A DNA stretch of 64,000 nt from the human T2T-CHM13v2.0 reference genome, Homo sapiens. Shown here piece after piece: positions 59,928 to 64,000 of the stretch (its first letter is position 1; the number at the start of each line of letters is the position of its first letter). A program made the position numbers and the translations under genes. Under the pieces are notes generated by a model, which was not told the origin of the DNA, made no database searches, and saw only the letters and a program-made list of their open reading frames with translations. The stretch is taken from NCBI RefSeq assembly GCF_009914755.1, contig NC_060942.1; one strand, written 5' to 3'.

Positions 59928-61862
59928 AGGCAGGTGCAATGGATTACACCTGTAATCCTAACACTCTGAAAGGCCATAGCAGGAGGAACACTTGAGCCCA
60001 GGAGTTTCAGACCAGCCAGGGCAACATAGTGAAACCTTGTTGACAGTGGTGGCAGCCCGTCTGGATCAGCTGCTGCGGGGATGCCAGCTGCAGTGGGGGA
60101 GGCGTGGCTGGGGCTTTGTGCTCTGTGGAGCCAGAAGGAGCTGGGCACAGGTGGGAGCCCAGCCCCCTAACAAGTTGGTGTGGAAGGAGCCCTGCGCTCC
60201 TGGGTGCAGCTGCAGTCACCCAGCTGCAGCTCCAGACCTGGGCATACCTGCACTCTTGGGGGCCTGGGAAGACCCCCTATCCTCACAAGCTCAGAAGTGT
60301 CTGCTGCTGCTCTCTACCTTCTCTCCACTCCTGGCAGTCACTCCAATTTCAGAGCAAAATTGTGGCTGAGGCTGGGCATTGTCACAACCTGGCTGGGTAT
60401 GTGCATGCTTGTGGCATTGCTGACACACCAGCCCCCACCACTGTCTCATCCCCTCCAAACTTTGGGTACTGAGGAGTGTGGGATGTAGTCTGGTTGTGGG
60501 GACAGCCTGGCAAGGGCCTGTAGGTGCCCTTCGGTACAAACAGCCTGGATTCCGTGGATGGCATGTTGATATCAGGAGGCAGACAGTTCCTGGGCAGAAA
60601 GGGGCAGGTCCCCAGTGAAACCTCAACTTCAAGCCAGGGGTGGCCTGAAGCCTGGGGGCCTGGCTGCAAGTTCTGGGTAGAGTCCACAGCTGGAGTGAGA
60701 ACTTATGGTGCTTTTTCCGGACCCGCCCATGGACCAATCAGCATGCACTTCCTCCTTTCTGAGCTCATAAAAAGTGCTGGACTCAGCCAGACTCACACAG
60801 ACTTTGCACTACCAGCTACAGGAAGGAGCTACCCACTTCACGTCTCGTCAGCTCATTGGGATGACCTGCCTATGGAAAGGAGCTACCCACTCAGGGTCTC
60901 CTCCTTGCTGAGAGCTGTACACTGTTTTATCTGACCTGCCTTTGGATAGGAGCTATCCACTCTAAGTCTCCTGATAGCTGTTCTGTTGCACAATAAAGCT
61001 GTTCTCCACCTTGCTCATCCTCCACTTGTTCACATACCGCATTCTTCCTGGATGCAGGACAAGAACTCAGGACCTACCGAATGGAAAGACTGAAAGAGCT
61101 GTAACAAAAATGGCTGAAATACCCACCCCACTCACAACGTTGTGGGCACTGAGAAGAACAGACTAGAGAAAGAAGAGAGAGAATAGAGAAAGAGAAGAGC
61201 TGCAGCCCTTTGGGGTGCACAGACCTAGGAGCTCCCTGAGCTAGGGCTGTGACACCTTCTTTGGAGCCCTGCAGTTTCTGGAATCTCCAAGCTTTTGGGC
61301 ACCACTCCATTCCCCAGTGCCCACAGTGTAAGCTGCTTGCAGTACACCTGGTCCAGCCAGAACCTTGCAAGGAGCTGGTGCCTATGCCAGCACCTGAAGC
61401 TGCCTGTCCCACCGCAGCTGGCACACCTGGCTGTGCACAGTGGCTAGACTCTGTGCTTGCTCTCACACCCCTTAGTGCTCTGCACCTGGCTAACCCTTGA
61501 CAGGCATGGGATCTGGGCTGGTAGCACAAGCTGAGTGCAGCCTGCTGGGCCAAGTGGGCAGAAGGAGCCCAGCAGGCCTGAGCAAAACTCAAGCAAAGGT
61601 GCCACTGGCCACAGAGGTTTTGAGCTGGAAAAGTGACATTATAATGATACTGTGACACCGTCTCTAAAAAAAAAATAAAAAAGAAATTAGTCAAGCATGG
61701 TGGCACATGCCTATAATCCCAGCTACTTGGGATGGTGAAGCAGAAGAGGATCACTTCAGTCCAGGAGTTTGAGTCTGCAGTGAGTGAGCTGATTGTGCCA
61801 CTGCACTCCAGCCTGGGCAACAGAGTGAGATCCTGACTCAAAAAAAAAAAAAAAAAAAAAAG
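59928..61862 (+). mobile_element. AluJ split by a MER52 LTR (left 59928-60037, right 61658-61862)
   Basis: Left arm ends gcaacatagtgaaacct; resumes ccgtctctaaaaa...right arm and poly(A). Confidence 0.88.
60038..61657 (+). mobile_element. MER52A-like ERV1 solo LTR
   Basis: tgttgacagtggtggcagcccgtctgga...ggagctacccac repeats...ggccacagaggttt...tgtgaca; TG...CA ends. Confidence 0.85.
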
Positions 61863-62509
61863 AAAAGAAATTACTAAGGTATCAATATTTACTTCAGGAG
61901 GCATAGAATATCTGAATAGCCCTGTATCTAATAAAGAAATTTTATTGTAAGAAAATTCTAAGCTTTAGTGGTTTCACCCATGAATTCTAACAAACATGGG
62001 AGAATGAAATAATGCCAGTGTGACATACCTTTCTCAGAAAGTAAAAGAGAAGGAATGAACACTAACTGATTGTATGAGGCCAAAATTACCCAGACACACA
62101 GTAGACAAAGATATTTGAAAAAAAGTAAACAACAGACCAAGATCAAACATGAAGAGTGATGCTGACATTATTATGAATATACTTAAAAATTACATACAAT
62201 AAAATATCAAAAAGGTAATACCACGGACAAGTGAATTTTATCCTAAAATGCAGTCAGTTTAACTGAAAATCAATGTAATTCATTAAATTAATAAAAATCC
62301 ACATGATCATCTCAGTAGGAAAAAATATTATTTGACAAAATGTAATGCACATTCATGTTAATAACTCCCAGAAGCTAGGAAGAGAATATTTGCTATCTGC
62401 TAAAACTAAATTATAAACATATCTACAGCTAACATTTTACTTAATGATCAAAAATAAATGCTTTCTACTTAAGAAAGAATGCAAGAGTATTGTAACATAA
62501 CACTTCTTT

Positions 62510-62927
62510 AATATGTTACCACAAATTTGGTATGTAAAACAATACAAATCCATTATTTTACAGTCCAGGAAATCAGAAGTCTAAAATGGGTCTGGGGGTG
62601 GTGCTCCTTCCGAAGGCTCTTGGGGAGAGTCTGTTGAGTTGCCTTTTTCAGTTCTTAAATTCTGTCTGCATCCTGTGGTGCATGACCCCTTACTTCATTT
62701 TCAAAGAGCAGCATAGCACCTTCTGCTTCTCTGACCTCCTGTCTCTCTCTTATAGGGAACCTTATGATTAAATCAGGCCCACTTGGATAATCCAGGATAA
62801 ATCTCCTATCTCAGAATCCTTAACTTGATCATACCTGCAAAGTCTCTTTTGAATATAAGACATGTTGTTCACAGGATTTAGGGATTAGACTGTGAACATC
62901 TCTGGGGGCAATTTTTTATCTTACCAG
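62510..62927 (-). mobile_element. MLT1 (MLT1D-like) MaLR LTR
   Basis: ttaccacaaatttgg...cccacttggataatccaggataa...ccttaacttgatcatacctgcaaagtc. Confidence 0.8.
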
Positions 62928-64000
62928 AGCATGGATGTTCAATCTTACCACTTCTCAATATTGCTCTGAATTCCCTAGCCTTTGCAAAAAAGTGAGAAAT
63001 TAAAAGAAACAAAATGCATTTATGTCTGTTTGTACATGATATAATTGTGAGCAGAGAACAGCCTGAGAGATCGATGAAAAAGCTACATAGTGGCAGGATG
63101 CACTATTTATGCATAAAAATAAATTATATTTTTATGTATTCAGAATATACAACCAAAAATTGAAATTGAGAAACAATAGTCTTTTCAATAGTGTAAATTA
63201 TCGACTCTTCAGAAATAAATTTAACAGAATATGTACAAGTCCTTTACATAGAAGACTACAAAGTTTTGCTGAAGCAAGATAAAGATCTAAATAAATTGAG
63301 AGCAATACCATGTTCTTAGATTCCAAAACATGTAATTATCCCCAAATTATATATTTAACTCAATTCCAATAAAAACCCTAGAAAACTTTCTTGTAAAAAT
63401 TGACAACCTATTTGTAAAATTAATGAGGAATTTGTAAAAAAAATTAATAACAAATTTGTAATAGCCAAAGAAATTTTGACATAAAAGAATCACTATCTGA
63501 TTACCTTCCTAAATGGCTCTATTAATTAAACTATGTGTTTATATAAGAATAGATAATTAATAAAATATAAATCTAATACATGTACAGAAATGAGTACAGA
63601 AATAAATAATCATATATATGGTCAATTGATTGTCAATAAAATTGCCTAGATAATTCAATGAACAAACTTTTTTTAAAAGCTATGTTAAAATAACTTGATA
63701 TCCATATTCACAAAGTGAACCTCAGCTTTTGTCTTGAAATAGATACAAAAATAAATGTAATCTATAAAAAGTAAATGATATACCTAAATGTAAGAACAAA
63801 AAAATCCGAGATTTCTAAATGAAAACAGAAGAAAACATCTTTATGACTGTAAAGCAATGATTCCTAGATGATACACACGAGTCAAAGCTGTAAAGGAGAA
63901 AGTGAATTAATCGAACTTCTTCAAAATTTAAAACTTTTGATTTTGTTAGGCAATGATAAGAATATAAAAAGGCAAGCCCAGACTGGGAGAAAATATTTGC

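Noticed and set aside
61074-61904. 276-aa minus-strand ORF
   Set aside because: Chimeric read-through of antisense AluJ and MER52 LTR

Overview
Primate, almost certainly human, AT-rich non-coding DNA (intergenic or deep intronic). A short L1HS pre-Ta insertion near 10 kb supports human origin. I found no intact protein-coding gene, rRNA, tRNA or CRISPR array; the ORF track is explained by Alu, L1 and LTR sequence or by chance. The window is dominated by transposable elements: Alu J/S/Y and FLAM, L1HS/L1PA/L1M, L2, MIR, THE1/MST/MLT1 and MER52/MER67/LTR16/LTR33-type LTRs, and Charlie1/MER2/MER5/MER94 DNA transposons. Manual translation across stops and frameshifts shows three processed pseudogenes within about 11 kb that the ORF track misses: MRPS5 (24.8 kb, +), a very decayed testin TES LIM1-3 plus 3'UTR copy (29.85-31.2 kb, -) and CCDC59 (34.9-35.4 kb, +). 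Next to them are a nested insertion stack inside a Charlie1 element, a ~240-bp tandem duplication, and a complex direct-plus-inverted local duplication with a perfect hairpin (31.3-32.9 kb). I see no evidence of a new functional system. Repeat subfamily and parent-gene calls rest on recalled consensus and protein sequences and need RepeatMasker/BLAST confirmation.
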